A stretch of 52,634 bases of DNA from Crocinitomicaceae bacterium (GTDB lineage Bacteria > Bacteroidota > Bacteroidia > Flavobacteriales_D > Crocinitomicaceae). Under the pieces are notes generated by a model, which worked only from the letters and a program-made list of their open reading frames with translations, was not told the DNA's origin and searched no databases. How positions within the stretch are numbered: position 1 is the stretch's first letter; every line of letters starts with the position of its first letter. Below, piece by piece: positions 8,090 through 17,060 of the stretch. The DNA is taken from the NCBI GenBank assembly GCA_044354455.1, contig JBILAB010000001.1:1-52634 (forward strand), read 5' to 3'. The position numbers and the translations under genes are program-made.

Positions 8090-9451
8090 ATGGAGAACGA
8101 AAAAAATGTTGTAATTATTGGTGCTGGCTTAGTTGGTTCGCTTTGGGCTGTTTATTTAGCAAAAGCTGGATATAAAGTAACAATCTATGAAAGAAGATCA
8201 GATATCAGAAAAGCTGAAATTACAGCTGGTAAATCGATTAATCTTGCGCTTTCAGTTCGTGGCTGGACAGCTTTAGATGCAGTTGGTGTTGGAGATGAAA
8301 TTAGAAAAATTGCCATACCAATGCATGGAAGGGTAATGCACGATTTAGAAGGAAATTTGACTTATCAACCTTATGGAAAGGAAGGAGAAGCTATTTATTC
8401 AGTCTCTAGAGGAAAAGTAAACGCTACAATGATGGACATTGCAGAAAAATATGGTAAAGCAGAAATTCACTACAGCCATGAATGTCAAAATGTTGATTTA
8501 AAAAATGGTATTGCGTTCCTAAAAAATTCTATCACTGGAGAAAAATTTGAAGTAAAAGCTGACTTAATCTTTGCTGTTGATGGAGCCTTTTCTGCTGTTC
8601 GATACAATGCGATGCAAAAATTAAATCGTTTTAATTACAGTCAAAATTACATTGCTGATGGTTATCGGGAATTGCTTTTGCCTGCAAATGCAGATGGATC
8701 TTATAAGTTAGATAAAAATGCTCTTCATATTTGGCCAAGAGGTCGTTTTATGATGATTGCTCTTGCAAATGAAGATGGGTCGTTTACCTGCACTTTGTTT
8801 ATGCCACATGAGGGCGATAAGTTTGCTTTTGATAAATTAAATTCCCGTGAGGCTGTAAACACATTTTTCAAAACGGTTTTCCCAGATTTCTATGAAATGG
8901 TTCCAAACGTTGCAGATGCTTGGGAAGATCATCCCTTATCTAATTTAGCGATTATTCGCTGCTCTCCTTGGACGAATGGAAAAGTTGCGCTTATGGGAGA
9001 TGCTGCTCATGCTACGGTGCCGTTTTATGGTCAAGGAATGAATGCGGGCTTTGAAGATTGTACAGTACTCTCTAATTTAATGAAGAAACATAAGGAGAAC
9101 TGGGAAGCGATTTTTGAAGAATATAGTCGCGAACGCAAACCAGATGGAGACGCCCTTCAGGATTTGTCATTGGATAATTATTATGTAATGAGAGATTATG
9201 TATCTGACCCTGAATTTTTATTACGCAAGAAAATTGAGGCTAAATTCAGCGAACTGTACCCTAAAAGCTGGCTTCCTCTTTATTCTCAGGTTACATTTAG
9301 TAACATTCGGTACAGTGTGGCATATCAACAAGGTAAAAAGCAAAGTGATATAATGGATATAATCATGCAAATACCAAAAATAGAATCTGTATGGGATTCT
9401 GATAAAGTAATGAATGAAATGAAAGTTTTAAGCAGAGATTTTAACTTTTAA
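8090..9451 (+). CDS. kmo: Kynurenine 3-monooxygenase (FAD-dependent)
   Basis: This 453-aa ORF has the FAD fold VVIIGAGLVGS, and also SINLALS.RG, ALHIWPRG.FMMIALAN.DGSFTCTLF and GDAAHATVPFYGQGMNAGFEDC. It is collinear with bacterial KMO. Confidence 0.85.
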   Translation: MENEKNVVIIGAGLVGSLWAVYLAKAGYKVTIYERRSDIRKAEITAGKSINLALSVRGWTALDAVGVGDEIRKIAIPMHGRVMHDLEGNLTYQPYGKEGEAIYSVSRGKVNATMMDIAEKYGKAEIHYSHECQNVDLKNGIAFLKNSITGEKFEVKADLIFAVDGAFSAVRYNAMQKLNRFNYSQNYIADGYRELLLPANADGSYKLDKNALHIWPRGRFMMIALANEDGSFTCTLFMPHEGDKFAFDKLNSREAVNTFFKTVFPDFYEMVPNVADAWEDHPLSNLAIIRCSPWTNGKVALMGDAAHATVPFYGQGMNAGFEDCTVLSNLMKKHKENWEAIFEEYSRERKPDGDALQDLSLDNYYVMRDYVSDPEFLLRKKIEAKFSELYPKSWLPLYSQVTFSNIRYSVAYQQGKKQSDIMDIIMQIPKIESVWDSDKVMNEMKVLSRDFNF

Positions 9452-9460
9452 ATTTTAGTT

Positions 9461-10345
9461 ATGAAATGTATTCTAGTTTTATTTTTACTTCCGTTTATTG
9501 TTTATTCTCAAGGAGGGTTTAAAAAAGGTGTAAAAGGAGACGATTATCGAGTTGTTACAAAAAATGGGTATCATTTTGCTTTTGGACCTACTTATATGCT
9601 TTCTTCAGAAACACTTCATGGATTTTTATCCGAAAACAATGGAGCGCGTGGGGTATACGAGATTAATCCAGATGGAAAATATGGTGTATTTGCAGAATTT
9701 GGTTTCTTGCAGTTTCCTAAATGGAAGGGAATTCCTATAAAGTTTCTAAAGAAAAGTAGAATTATGGATTATATGGAGTTTGCTTTTGGTTATCGTGAAT
9801 TAGCGGGAATTGAAAAAACAACTATTAATGTTCCTGAGGAGAATAGTATTGCTATTTCAACAAGTGAAAATACAGGGTCTTTTAGAAATAGACATGTTTT
9901 TTTTCGCACCTCTTTTCATAGCTTAATTTTCGTTGGGAAAAAGAAAATTGACAAAACTAGAAAGTATTTTATTGATCAATCTATTGGCTTAAATTACGAC
10001 TATAATTTATTTCCGGGAGATACAACTTATCCGAATAATTTTATTTTAAATACCGAAGTAAAGAGAAAGTTTTATGACCCATCTGTTCTCCAATTTCATT
10101 ACAGTCTTTCATTTGGTATTCGACTAAACCGAGCCTGGATGCTTCTGCCTGGTGCTTCTCTGCCACTTATCGGTTTTTATGAGTGGAATGGTTTCGGCTC
10201 AAAAATGAATTGGTTTTCATCACAATACATACCGATTCAATTTCAAATAAAGTTTATTAAATTATTTGAAAGAGCACCAAAGTGTAACGCACATGGAAGC
10301 CCTAATGATATTCAATTGGATAAAAAATTCCGAATGGGTAATTAA
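9461..10345 (+). CDS. Hypothetical secreted protein, possibly outer-membrane
   Basis: This 294-aa ORF has an N-terminal signal peptide (MKCILVLFLLPFIVYSQ). The aromatic-rich alternating pattern is compatible with a beta-barrel. I recognise no family. Confidence 0.55.
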   Translation: MKCILVLFLLPFIVYSQGGFKKGVKGDDYRVVTKNGYHFAFGPTYMLSSETLHGFLSENNGARGVYEINPDGKYGVFAEFGFLQFPKWKGIPIKFLKKSRIMDYMEFAFGYRELAGIEKTTINVPEENSIAISTSENTGSFRNRHVFFRTSFHSLIFVGKKKIDKTRKYFIDQSIGLNYDYNLFPGDTTYPNNFILNTEVKRKFYDPSVLQFHYSLSFGIRLNRAWMLLPGASLPLIGFYEWNGFGSKMNWFSSQYIPIQFQIKFIKLFERAPKCNAHGSPNDIQLDKKFRMGN

Positions 10346-10902
10346 TTGAGCCATTTTTTTTGTGCTCTTGACTCTAGCACTTTTCTATATTTTTTTATTA
10401 CAGTGTCTCTATTAGATATATTGCTAACTTTTATTAAGTCAGAGAAAATCATTTCGTTGTTCTTGAAAAAAAGAAATTCAAAACTTATTGAAGTCGATTC
10501 ATCGCGGTAAATTTTGTAGATGCTTTCACGCTCTAAAATTTCACTCACATTAATTTTAGCTTTACTAGCCTTAAATTTCCGGTCATAGCCTTTTACATTT
10601 ACAAATAAATAGGTGTCGTATCCTTTGGCTTTAATGTTTTCACGAAGGGAGTCACTTGTTAGATTATTTATGTTTGCTCCTTGCTTTAAGAAATTCAAAG
10701 ATGGCTGTGCCTTTATGCCAAGATTGCTTAGTATTTGAGTTGTATTTAATTCAATAGTATAGCGGTCTTCTGGTCTTTCAAATTGTGCTATGACTATCGC
10801 GTTAGTTAACTTTAACCCTTGACCTGCACTATGAAACGAGAGTAAGAAAAGTAAAAAGAATGTTATTGTTTTCAAAAAATGATTTTTAAAATTTGAATTC
10901 AA
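10342..10902 (-). CDS. Hypothetical secreted protein
   Basis: This 186-aa ORF has a signal peptide (FFLLFLLSFHSAGQ). I recognise no family. Confidence 0.55.
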   Translation of the reverse strand: MNSNFKNHFLKTITFFLLFLLSFHSAGQGLKLTNAIVIAQFERPEDRYTIELNTTQILSNLGIKAQPSLNFLKQGANINNLTSDSLRENIKAKGYDTYLFVNVKGYDRKFKASKAKINVSEILERESIYKIYRDESTSISFEFLFFKNNEMIFSDLIKVSNISNRDTVIKKYRKVLESRAQKKWLN

Positions 10903-10950
10903 AGATACTTATTTCAGTGAATGTTAAGCTATTTGTAATCAGATTTAGAT

Positions 10951-12138
10951 TTAGTTACTTATTTCATCTAGTGCTTCCAAAATTAGCTTTATAGCATCCA
11001 TAACTTCATTTTCTGAGATGTTTAATGGAGGAGATAATCTAAAACTATAAGGATGTGAAAGAAACCAAAAAGTAATTAATCCCTTTTTCATGCATTTTTC
11101 GACAAGTTTTGTAACAATTTCCGCAGATTCCATATCAAAAGCAAACATTAAACCAATTCTTCGTACAGCTTTTATTGCATTATGAGAACCTAGTCTTGTT
11201 TCTATTAGTAAACCTAAGCGTTCAACTTCGGTCAGATCAATTTCAGTTTTTAGAACTTCTAAACTAGCTGCCGCTGCCGCACAAATTACTGGGTGGCCTC
11301 CGAATGTTGTGATGTGTCCAAGCATCGGATTATTTGTAAAAACATGCATAACTTCTTTACTTGAAACAAGAGCTCCAACTGGCATACCTCCACCTAATGC
11401 TTTCCCTAGTGTCAAAATATCTGGCGTAATTCCAAAATGCTCAAAAGCAAATATTTTTCCAGTACGACCCATTCCGCATTGAATTTCATCAAAAATAAGT
11501 AGGGATCCAACTTCATCACAACGCTTTCTCAAAAGCGACATAAATTCTTTAGATGGAATACGAACACCAGCATCACCTTGAATTGTTTCAATAATAACTC
11601 CAGCTGTTTTATTGGTGATATTTACTAGTTGTGCTGCATCATTCCATTCCAAAAAGCGCACCTCTGGTAATAAAGGTCGGTAAGCTTGTTTTTTGGTTTC
11701 ATTTGAGGAAATACTTAAACTACCATTCGTGCTCCCGTGGTATGCTCCGGTAAATGCAATTAACTCCATTCTACCTGTTTTTCTTTTTGCAAGTTTTATT
11801 GCTGCTTCATTTGCTTCGGTTCCGGAATTGACGGTATATACACAATTTAATTTTTCAGGGAGTAATTCCAATAATGTTTTGCCAAATTCATTCTGTGCTT
11901 CTTGAACAAATTCGCCGTAAACCATTATATGCATATGTTTATCTAATTGATTTTTTATAGCTGAAATAACTTTCGGATGGCAGTGACCAATATTGTTTAC
12001 AGCAACACCAGCTATCATATCCATAAATACTGCGCCAGATTTAGCATACATATATATTCCTTCTGCTCGTTCAACTTCAAGTAAAAAAGGATGTTCGTTT
12101 GTCTGAGCTAAGTGATTTAAGAAAAAATCTTTTTCCAT
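10951..12138 (-). CDS. Class III PLP-dependent aminotransferase (acetylornithine/ornithine aminotransferase-like)
   Basis: This 395-aa ORF has SGTEANEAAIKLA, DEIQCGMGRTGK.FA and the PLP-lysine context LGKALGGG. Confidence 0.85.
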   Translation of the reverse strand: MEKDFFLNHLAQTNEHPFLLEVERAEGIYMYAKSGAVFMDMIAGVAVNNIGHCHPKVISAIKNQLDKHMHIMVYGEFVQEAQNEFGKTLLELLPEKLNCVYTVNSGTEANEAAIKLAKRKTGRMELIAFTGAYHGSTNGSLSISSNETKKQAYRPLLPEVRFLEWNDAAQLVNITNKTAGVIIETIQGDAGVRIPSKEFMSLLRKRCDEVGSLLIFDEIQCGMGRTGKIFAFEHFGITPDILTLGKALGGGMPVGALVSSKEVMHVFTNNPMLGHITTFGGHPVICAAAAASLEVLKTEIDLTEVERLGLLIETRLGSHNAIKAVRRIGLMFAFDMESAEIVTKLVEKCMKKGLITFWFLSHPYSFRLSPPLNISENEVMDAIKLILEALDEISN

Positions 12139-12141
12139 GTT

Positions 12142-13773
12142 TTATTTTCTAAAAATCTCTTGAATCGGAATTCCTGTCATAGCTCCAGATTGTTGCAGAT
12201 TTAACAAATGACTAAGTGTTGGTGCAATATCAATTATTTGATAAGGAGTAAACACATCTCCTTTAGTAATATTTTTTCCACACCAAAGTAAAGGGACATG
12301 TGTATCGTAATTAAAAGATGATCCATGAGAGGTTCCTTTATGTGCGCTCGGAGTATCCGATGATTTAAGTAAATATCCTGGCTCTAGTGTAAAAATAATT
12401 TCTCCACTTCTTTCAAAGTCGTAGCCATTTTGAATCATCGTTTTCCAAGTATTGTTAGCACCATTGTCTTCGATTAATTCTTTTGAGGTATAAACGACCT
12501 TCACTTCTGGCCAAGTTCTTATTTCATCTCGGATATAGTCTGCTATAAGATTAATACTTAGGTTTAAAGATGAAATTCTAGTTTTATTCAAATAGATATT
12601 CTGATTTTCTTCTTTTTCGATAAGATTTTCTCCAAATTTTTCAATACTTTTTTTTGCTAATTCACTTAACTTTGTATCTAAAAATAAATAGCCTCCAGGT
12701 AGTTTTTTATCAATTAACATTTGAGGAACAGGAACTACGGCATGGTCTGCAGTTAAAAAAACAGTAAAACCATCTTTCCCACACTTTGCAGTTAAAGCAT
12801 CTAATAAACGACTTATTTCCAAGTCTAAGCGCAGGTACATATCTTCTATTTCTAGTGAATACGGTCCGAAAGCATGACCTGCAATATCTGGAGTGGAGTA
12901 ACTAATGCATAGCATGTCTGTTTGAAGATCCTCCCCAAGTTTTTCATTTTTCAGGGATTCCAATGCTAAATCAGTAAGTAATGTATTGGCAAATGGTGAA
13001 ATTGTAAAAAGTTGATTGGCTGAAGCTTCATTTCCCATTTCTAAAAAATTATAGGGAAATTCAGCACTTGTTTTTCCTCCAATTATTTGTTCATAAGGAC
13101 TTTTATCAATAGAAGTATAACGGTCTTTTGAGAGCAGTAAATCCCAGTTTTTTGTGTAGCTTTTGGAATTGTTTTTTGAGTTAAATTGCTGTAGCCACAG
13201 AGGAAGTTCTTTTTTAAAAAAGCTACTCGTGATAAATGTCCCTGTTGCATAATCAAACCAATAAGAGCCATCACTTAAGTGTCCTCCTGGCAAAATAGCA
13301 GAACGGTCTTTGTAGGATATGGAAATTACGCGAGCACTTGGATATGTCAATTTCAACTGATCCGTTATTGTATAGGTTTTTAAATTTCTCGGAGATCTTT
13401 GTCCATCAGTTGAAATACTTCCAACAGTTGACTCTCTTGAATCAGTAACACAATTGATTATACTTGAAGTTTTTCTGTCGTACCATTCATTTCCTACGAT
13501 GCCATGATCTGCAGGAATACTTCCTGTGTAAATTGAAGCGTGACCAGGACCAGTATAAGTTGGAACATAATTGTAAAGTATGTTCCGAATATTCATGCCT
13601 TGGTTTAAAAATCGGTTAAAACCAGTTTTGCAAAAGTTTGCTTGATAACGGTAGAGATAATCGTAACACATTTGGTCAACAACAATCCCTACAATCAATT
13701 TAGGTTTCTTTGTTTCTTGAGCTAATAAGTTAATTGCACTAAAAAATAGGAAAAATAACAAGTTTGTTTTCAT
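12142..13773 (-). CDS. Alkaline phosphatase family protein (PafA-like, nucleotide pyrophosphatase/phosphodiesterase fold)
   Basis: This 543-aa ORF has a signal peptide. It also has VVDQM..DYL.RY, PTYTGPGHASIYTG..P..HGIVGNEW, the LTADHA metal site and a C-terminal GTSHGS. Confidence 0.8.
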   Translation of the reverse strand: MKTNLLFFLFFSAINLLAQETKKPKLIVGIVVDQMCYDYLYRYQANFCKTGFNRFLNQGMNIRNILYNYVPTYTGPGHASIYTGSIPADHGIVGNEWYDRKTSSIINCVTDSRESTVGSISTDGQRSPRNLKTYTITDQLKLTYPSARVISISYKDRSAILPGGHLSDGSYWFDYATGTFITSSFFKKELPLWLQQFNSKNNSKSYTKNWDLLLSKDRYTSIDKSPYEQIIGGKTSAEFPYNFLEMGNEASANQLFTISPFANTLLTDLALESLKNEKLGEDLQTDMLCISYSTPDIAGHAFGPYSLEIEDMYLRLDLEISRLLDALTAKCGKDGFTVFLTADHAVVPVPQMLIDKKLPGGYLFLDTKLSELAKKSIEKFGENLIEKEENQNIYLNKTRISSLNLSINLIADYIRDEIRTWPEVKVVYTSKELIEDNGANNTWKTMIQNGYDFERSGEIIFTLEPGYLLKSSDTPSAHKGTSHGSSFNYDTHVPLLWCGKNITKGDVFTPYQIIDIAPTLSHLLNLQQSGAMTGIPIQEIFRK

Positions 13774-13927
13774 CTGCCAAATTTAAGGAATGAACTCGTA
13801 ATTCTCTTATTTTTCCCATAGAATAATCAATTGAAATTAATTGCAATAAAATTATATTCGAATTTACTTTTTCTTCCTTCTAAAATTTAACTTCAAAAAG
13901 ACTTTGTGTTAAATCAAAAAAGAACGA

Positions 13928-15181
13928 TTAATTCTTTATGAATTTATAATACTTTCCATTGTTCTCTAGCAAGTAAGCACCATTTTTAAGATTTGAAACA
14001 TTAACAGTTTTTTCGAATGTGCTTATAACTTCTTTGCCGCTTAGTTCTAAGATTCTTGTCTTCCCAGAAGAAAACCCAGATAAATAAAGATTTTCTTTCG
14101 TTGGATTAGGATAAATTACTAGCGAATTTTCTTGCTCTTTTAAACCAACACTTGGTCGCACATCAAATACAATAGTTCCAGGTGAAATGCCTACGTTAAA
14201 GTTTGATAGTTCAGTATTGTTGTCGTCAAAAATATGGATTTTCCCAAAAGAGAAAAAGTCAGTTTCGCTGGTGTACAATTGACCAGAAACAGGCTCCTGA
14301 GCTAATTCATAATAATTGATGGAATGTCCAGTGATTGGTCCACTTAAGTTCATTAAGTTGATATCAAATTCATTCAAAGTAGTTTCCATAGAAATTTGGT
14401 AAACTAATTTATCATCGAGTAATGCAGAAGTCCCACATCCAGTTGCTACAGATTGTAAGTTAACAGTTACATTACTACTGCCATTCAAAGCTACTTTTGA
14501 TACGGATGCGTTAGACCAATCTTTATTGTTTACAGTATATAGAAAATCTCCTGATTTCATCAAATTATCTGGATTTTTTCCATCTGGACCAAGGTCTACT
14601 TCATTTCCATAACTTAAGTTATCTAGGTTTAATTTTCCAATGATACCTTTTTCATTTCCCCACTCGTAGCCATTATTAATTGCAATATAAGCTACTGAAC
14701 CATCAATTACGATATTTTGACTTGCCCATTTTGGACCAGAAATTGTATCTATTGCTTGAATTAAAGAAAGTGTGTTGGCATCATAAATATGCAGATATGA
14801 ATCGAATGTAGTTAGGTATTCTCCTCTGGTTGCAATTAATTTATTTTGATAGATGCCTAAATTTCGCACGCCTGGACAAACTACTGAAGCCAGTTCCTGA
14901 TGCGTATTCAAGTCCATTTTGTAGATTTTCGAATCTGCAGCGACATAATAAAAATCTCCATCGATGATAAGATCTGACCCAAAACGCATTCCGTTTAAGG
15001 TGCTGACTACACTATAAATTTGAGTTGATGGATCGTAGCTGCCAATAGTTACTGGATCAATAATTTGATTTGTTTGATAATCAAAATATCCTTCGTTTAG
15101 AACAAGAACTTTGTGAAGGTAGTTTTGCGAGAATGTAAAAGCTGAAATTAATAATAGAACGGAAGTAAAAAGTTGTTTCAT
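13928..15181 (-). CDS. Secreted YncE/DUF5074-like beta-propeller protein with a T9SS type A C-terminal sorting domain. It lies directly downstream of the cobalamin riboswitch.
   Basis: This 417-aa ORF has a signal peptide (LLLISAFTFSQ) and an N-terminal VLVLNEGYF...GSYDP motif. It has repeated blade-like segments (KIYKMDLNT, LHIYDANT, AYIAINNG, FLYTVNN). The C-terminus VIYPNPTKENLYL...NLKNGAYLL is typical of the T9SS sorting domain. Confidence 0.75.
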   Translation of the reverse strand: MKQLFTSVLLLISAFTFSQNYLHKVLVLNEGYFDYQTNQIIDPVTIGSYDPSTQIYSVVSTLNGMRFGSDLIIDGDFYYVAADSKIYKMDLNTHQELASVVCPGVRNLGIYQNKLIATRGEYLTTFDSYLHIYDANTLSLIQAIDTISGPKWASQNIVIDGSVAYIAINNGYEWGNEKGIIGKLNLDNLSYGNEVDLGPDGKNPDNLMKSGDFLYTVNNKDWSNASVSKVALNGSSNVTVNLQSVATGCGTSALLDDKLVYQISMETTLNEFDINLMNLSGPITGHSINYYELAQEPVSGQLYTSETDFFSFGKIHIFDDNNTELSNFNVGISPGTIVFDVRPSVGLKEQENSLVIYPNPTKENLYLSGFSSGKTRILELSGKEVISTFEKTVNVSNLKNGAYLLENNGKYYKFIKN

Positions 15182-15290
15182 TTTTTTTTTAAGTTTTTAA
15201 AACATTAATAAATAAAACAGGCTAAAATGGAATCATAGGGATACGTCTATCCCATTATTGAGTCCGACTTTAATCTGAAGTCATATCTCT

Positions 15291-15451
15291 GTTCTCAGGC
15301 AAGTCTTCTGGCTCACACCCTTTTAGTTTCTTCCTTCCCGTTTTAAAACAGTGGCTTATGGAAACCCATTTTAAGTGCTTACAGCTGCAGACACAGCTCC
15401 GGGATCTAACCGGATTCCTTTTTAATTTGCTTTTAGGCAAAACCAAAGAAC
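15291..15451 (-). promoter_or_regulatory. Cobalamin (B12) riboswitch
   Basis: The minus-strand RNA contains the conserved core elements in the correct order. They are AAAAGGAAUCCGGUUAGAUCCCGGAGCUGUGUCUGCAGCUGUAAGC, then GCCACUG-N9-GGGAAGG, then the B12 box AGCCAGAAGACUUGCC. A closing P1 helix (GUUCUUUGG/CCUGAGAAC) is present. The E. coli btuB leader aligns closely by eye. The region is locally G+C-rich in an AT-rich intergenic spacer. Confidence 0.85.
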
Positions 15452-15455
15452 AGTA

Positions 15456-15463
15456 CAAAATTA
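15456..15463 (-). promoter_or_regulatory. Candidate -7 box (TAATTTTG) placing a transcription start at the 5' edge of the riboswitch
   Basis: The reverse complement of caaaatta is TAATTTTG. Its G lies 4 nt upstream of the first P1 nucleotide (15451). Confidence 0.5.
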
Positions 15464-15489
15464 AATGAATTATTGAGCAATTGCAGTTT

Positions 15490-17040
15490 TTATTTTATTT
15501 TTTGCAATTTAAGGGAGTGTGACCCTGAATTTTTAATCACTTGAATCAGGTAGTTTCCAGCTGGCAGTTCGCTTGTCTCACAAGGAATTAAGTGTGTTCC
15601 TTCGCTTAAGTCTTTTGATCCAATTTCTTTAACCATTTGACCATATATAGAATAGATATAAACGGATACTCTTTCGTTTAATGTCGTAATTTTTAGGGTG
15701 CAATTACTAGGAGTGGGGTTAGGAAACACGATACACTTTAAATCTAGTGATTCATCTTCATTTAATCCTAAAGTACAGCCGCTTAATACATTAATAAAAG
15801 TAATGTTTTGTTCAAATAAATTTTGAATGGATGAAACCGGAACTTCAAACCAATCTTTTAAAATCGAGGCATAAACATCTCTAAAATCAATTTTCATTTC
15901 AACTCCCGATTGACTATCTATTTGATTGCTTATTTGAGGATTAGGTCCAATTATCCCTGAATTAACACATTTTCCAAATAGGAAAAGAGGGGCGGCATCT
16001 CCATGATCTGTTCCAAAACTGCCATTTGAGGCTACTTGTCTTCCGAATTCAGAAAAAGTCATTCCTGCAACGCGTTCTTCAATACCTAACAATTGCAGAT
16101 CATTTTGAAAAGCTGCGATTGCATCTGAAAGTTTTTTTAATAAATCTGCATGTTCTCCTTGAGTAGTATTTGTTTCTAAAACTTGCGAATCATGCGTGTC
16201 AAATCCATTGATATTTAAAATGTAAACTTTCGTTTTTAAACCTCCTGAAATCATTTGTGCAATGTATTTCAATTGAACAGCAATAGAATTTGTTGGGTCA
16301 TATAGTGTGGATAGTGAATTACCGGAATTCGAAGCTACACTAATCTGATTGCCATATTCATTTGTTTGATTTAGCATTGTAGCAATGTACTCTATCTGCG
16401 AACCATAGTAAGTGCCATCATTTGCAACGCTTGTCTCCAATAAATTTGCAGCATTAAACGGGTCACTTACAGCATGCGAAAAATTACCCATTAAACCTTG
16501 ACAGGTTGTTGATAATTCGGAGCCCATACTGATTGCAAATGGATCAGGAAAATCAATATTTGGATAATCCTCTGGAAAATTTGCGTGCTCACTCTCAAAA
16601 TACCTTCCCATCCACCCACTTGTTTGATTGATATCTAAAGAACCACTTGCCCAAATATCCGAAGATCTAAAATGCGACCGATTTTGCTCAGGATAACCAA
16701 CATTTTGCACTACTGTTAATTTACCCGAATCAAACATGGTTTTCATACCTGTCATTATAGGATGAATTCCAACTGAATTTGTCAATGAAAGAATTTGGTT
16801 TTCTGGAAGAATAATATTTGGCCTTTGGATCATTAGGTTATCATATTGATCTAAAGGAATAATCATGTTTAATCCATCGTTCCCGCCATTTAATCGTATT
16901 ATAATAAGTACTCGGTCTTCAGCATTTTTAGAAGTGCCGAATAATTTTTTTGTAATCGCTTGCATTCCAAATCCATTTGAAATAAATGGCAAGGACAAGG
17001 AGGCCAGAGATAAATTTTTTATAAAGCTTCTTCTTTTCAT
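15490..17040 (-). CDS. DUF1501 domain-containing protein (sulfatase/alkaline-phosphatase-like) with a twin-arginine signal and a T9SS type A C-terminal sorting domain
   Basis: This 516-aa ORF has an N-terminus MKRRSFIKNLSLASLSLPF that matches the Tat motif (S/T)RRxFLK. The core has RLNGGNDGLN, GFDTH and GTDHG, typical of DUF1501. The C-terminus VFPNPTPSNCTLKI...LPAGNYLIQV is a T9SS CTD. Confidence 0.8.
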   Translation of the reverse strand: MKRRSFIKNLSLASLSLPFISNGFGMQAITKKLFGTSKNAEDRVLIIIRLNGGNDGLNMIIPLDQYDNLMIQRPNIILPENQILSLTNSVGIHPIMTGMKTMFDSGKLTVVQNVGYPEQNRSHFRSSDIWASGSLDINQTSGWMGRYFESEHANFPEDYPNIDFPDPFAISMGSELSTTCQGLMGNFSHAVSDPFNAANLLETSVANDGTYYGSQIEYIATMLNQTNEYGNQISVASNSGNSLSTLYDPTNSIAVQLKYIAQMISGGLKTKVYILNINGFDTHDSQVLETNTTQGEHADLLKKLSDAIAAFQNDLQLLGIEERVAGMTFSEFGRQVASNGSFGTDHGDAAPLFLFGKCVNSGIIGPNPQISNQIDSQSGVEMKIDFRDVYASILKDWFEVPVSSIQNLFEQNITFINVLSGCTLGLNEDESLDLKCIVFPNPTPSNCTLKITTLNERVSVYIYSIYGQMVKEIGSKDLSEGTHLIPCETSELPAGNYLIQVIKNSGSHSLKLQKIK

Positions 17041-17060
17041 TCGTAATAGTTATTTTTCTA

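Noticed and set aside
15238-15253. Hairpin GGGATA-GACG-TATCCC downstream of the riboswitch, considered as its intrinsic terminator
   Set aside because: It is plausible as part of the expression platform, but it is not followed by a contiguous U-tract. I also could not identify a convincing alternative antiterminator pairing by eye, so it is not called as a feature.
15270-15458. 62-aa minus-strand ORF (MYCSLVLPKSKLKRNPVRSRSCVCSCKHLKW...)
   Set aside because: It coincides almost exactly with the cobalamin riboswitch. The open frame is a by-product of the locally G+C-rich structured RNA and is not a gene.
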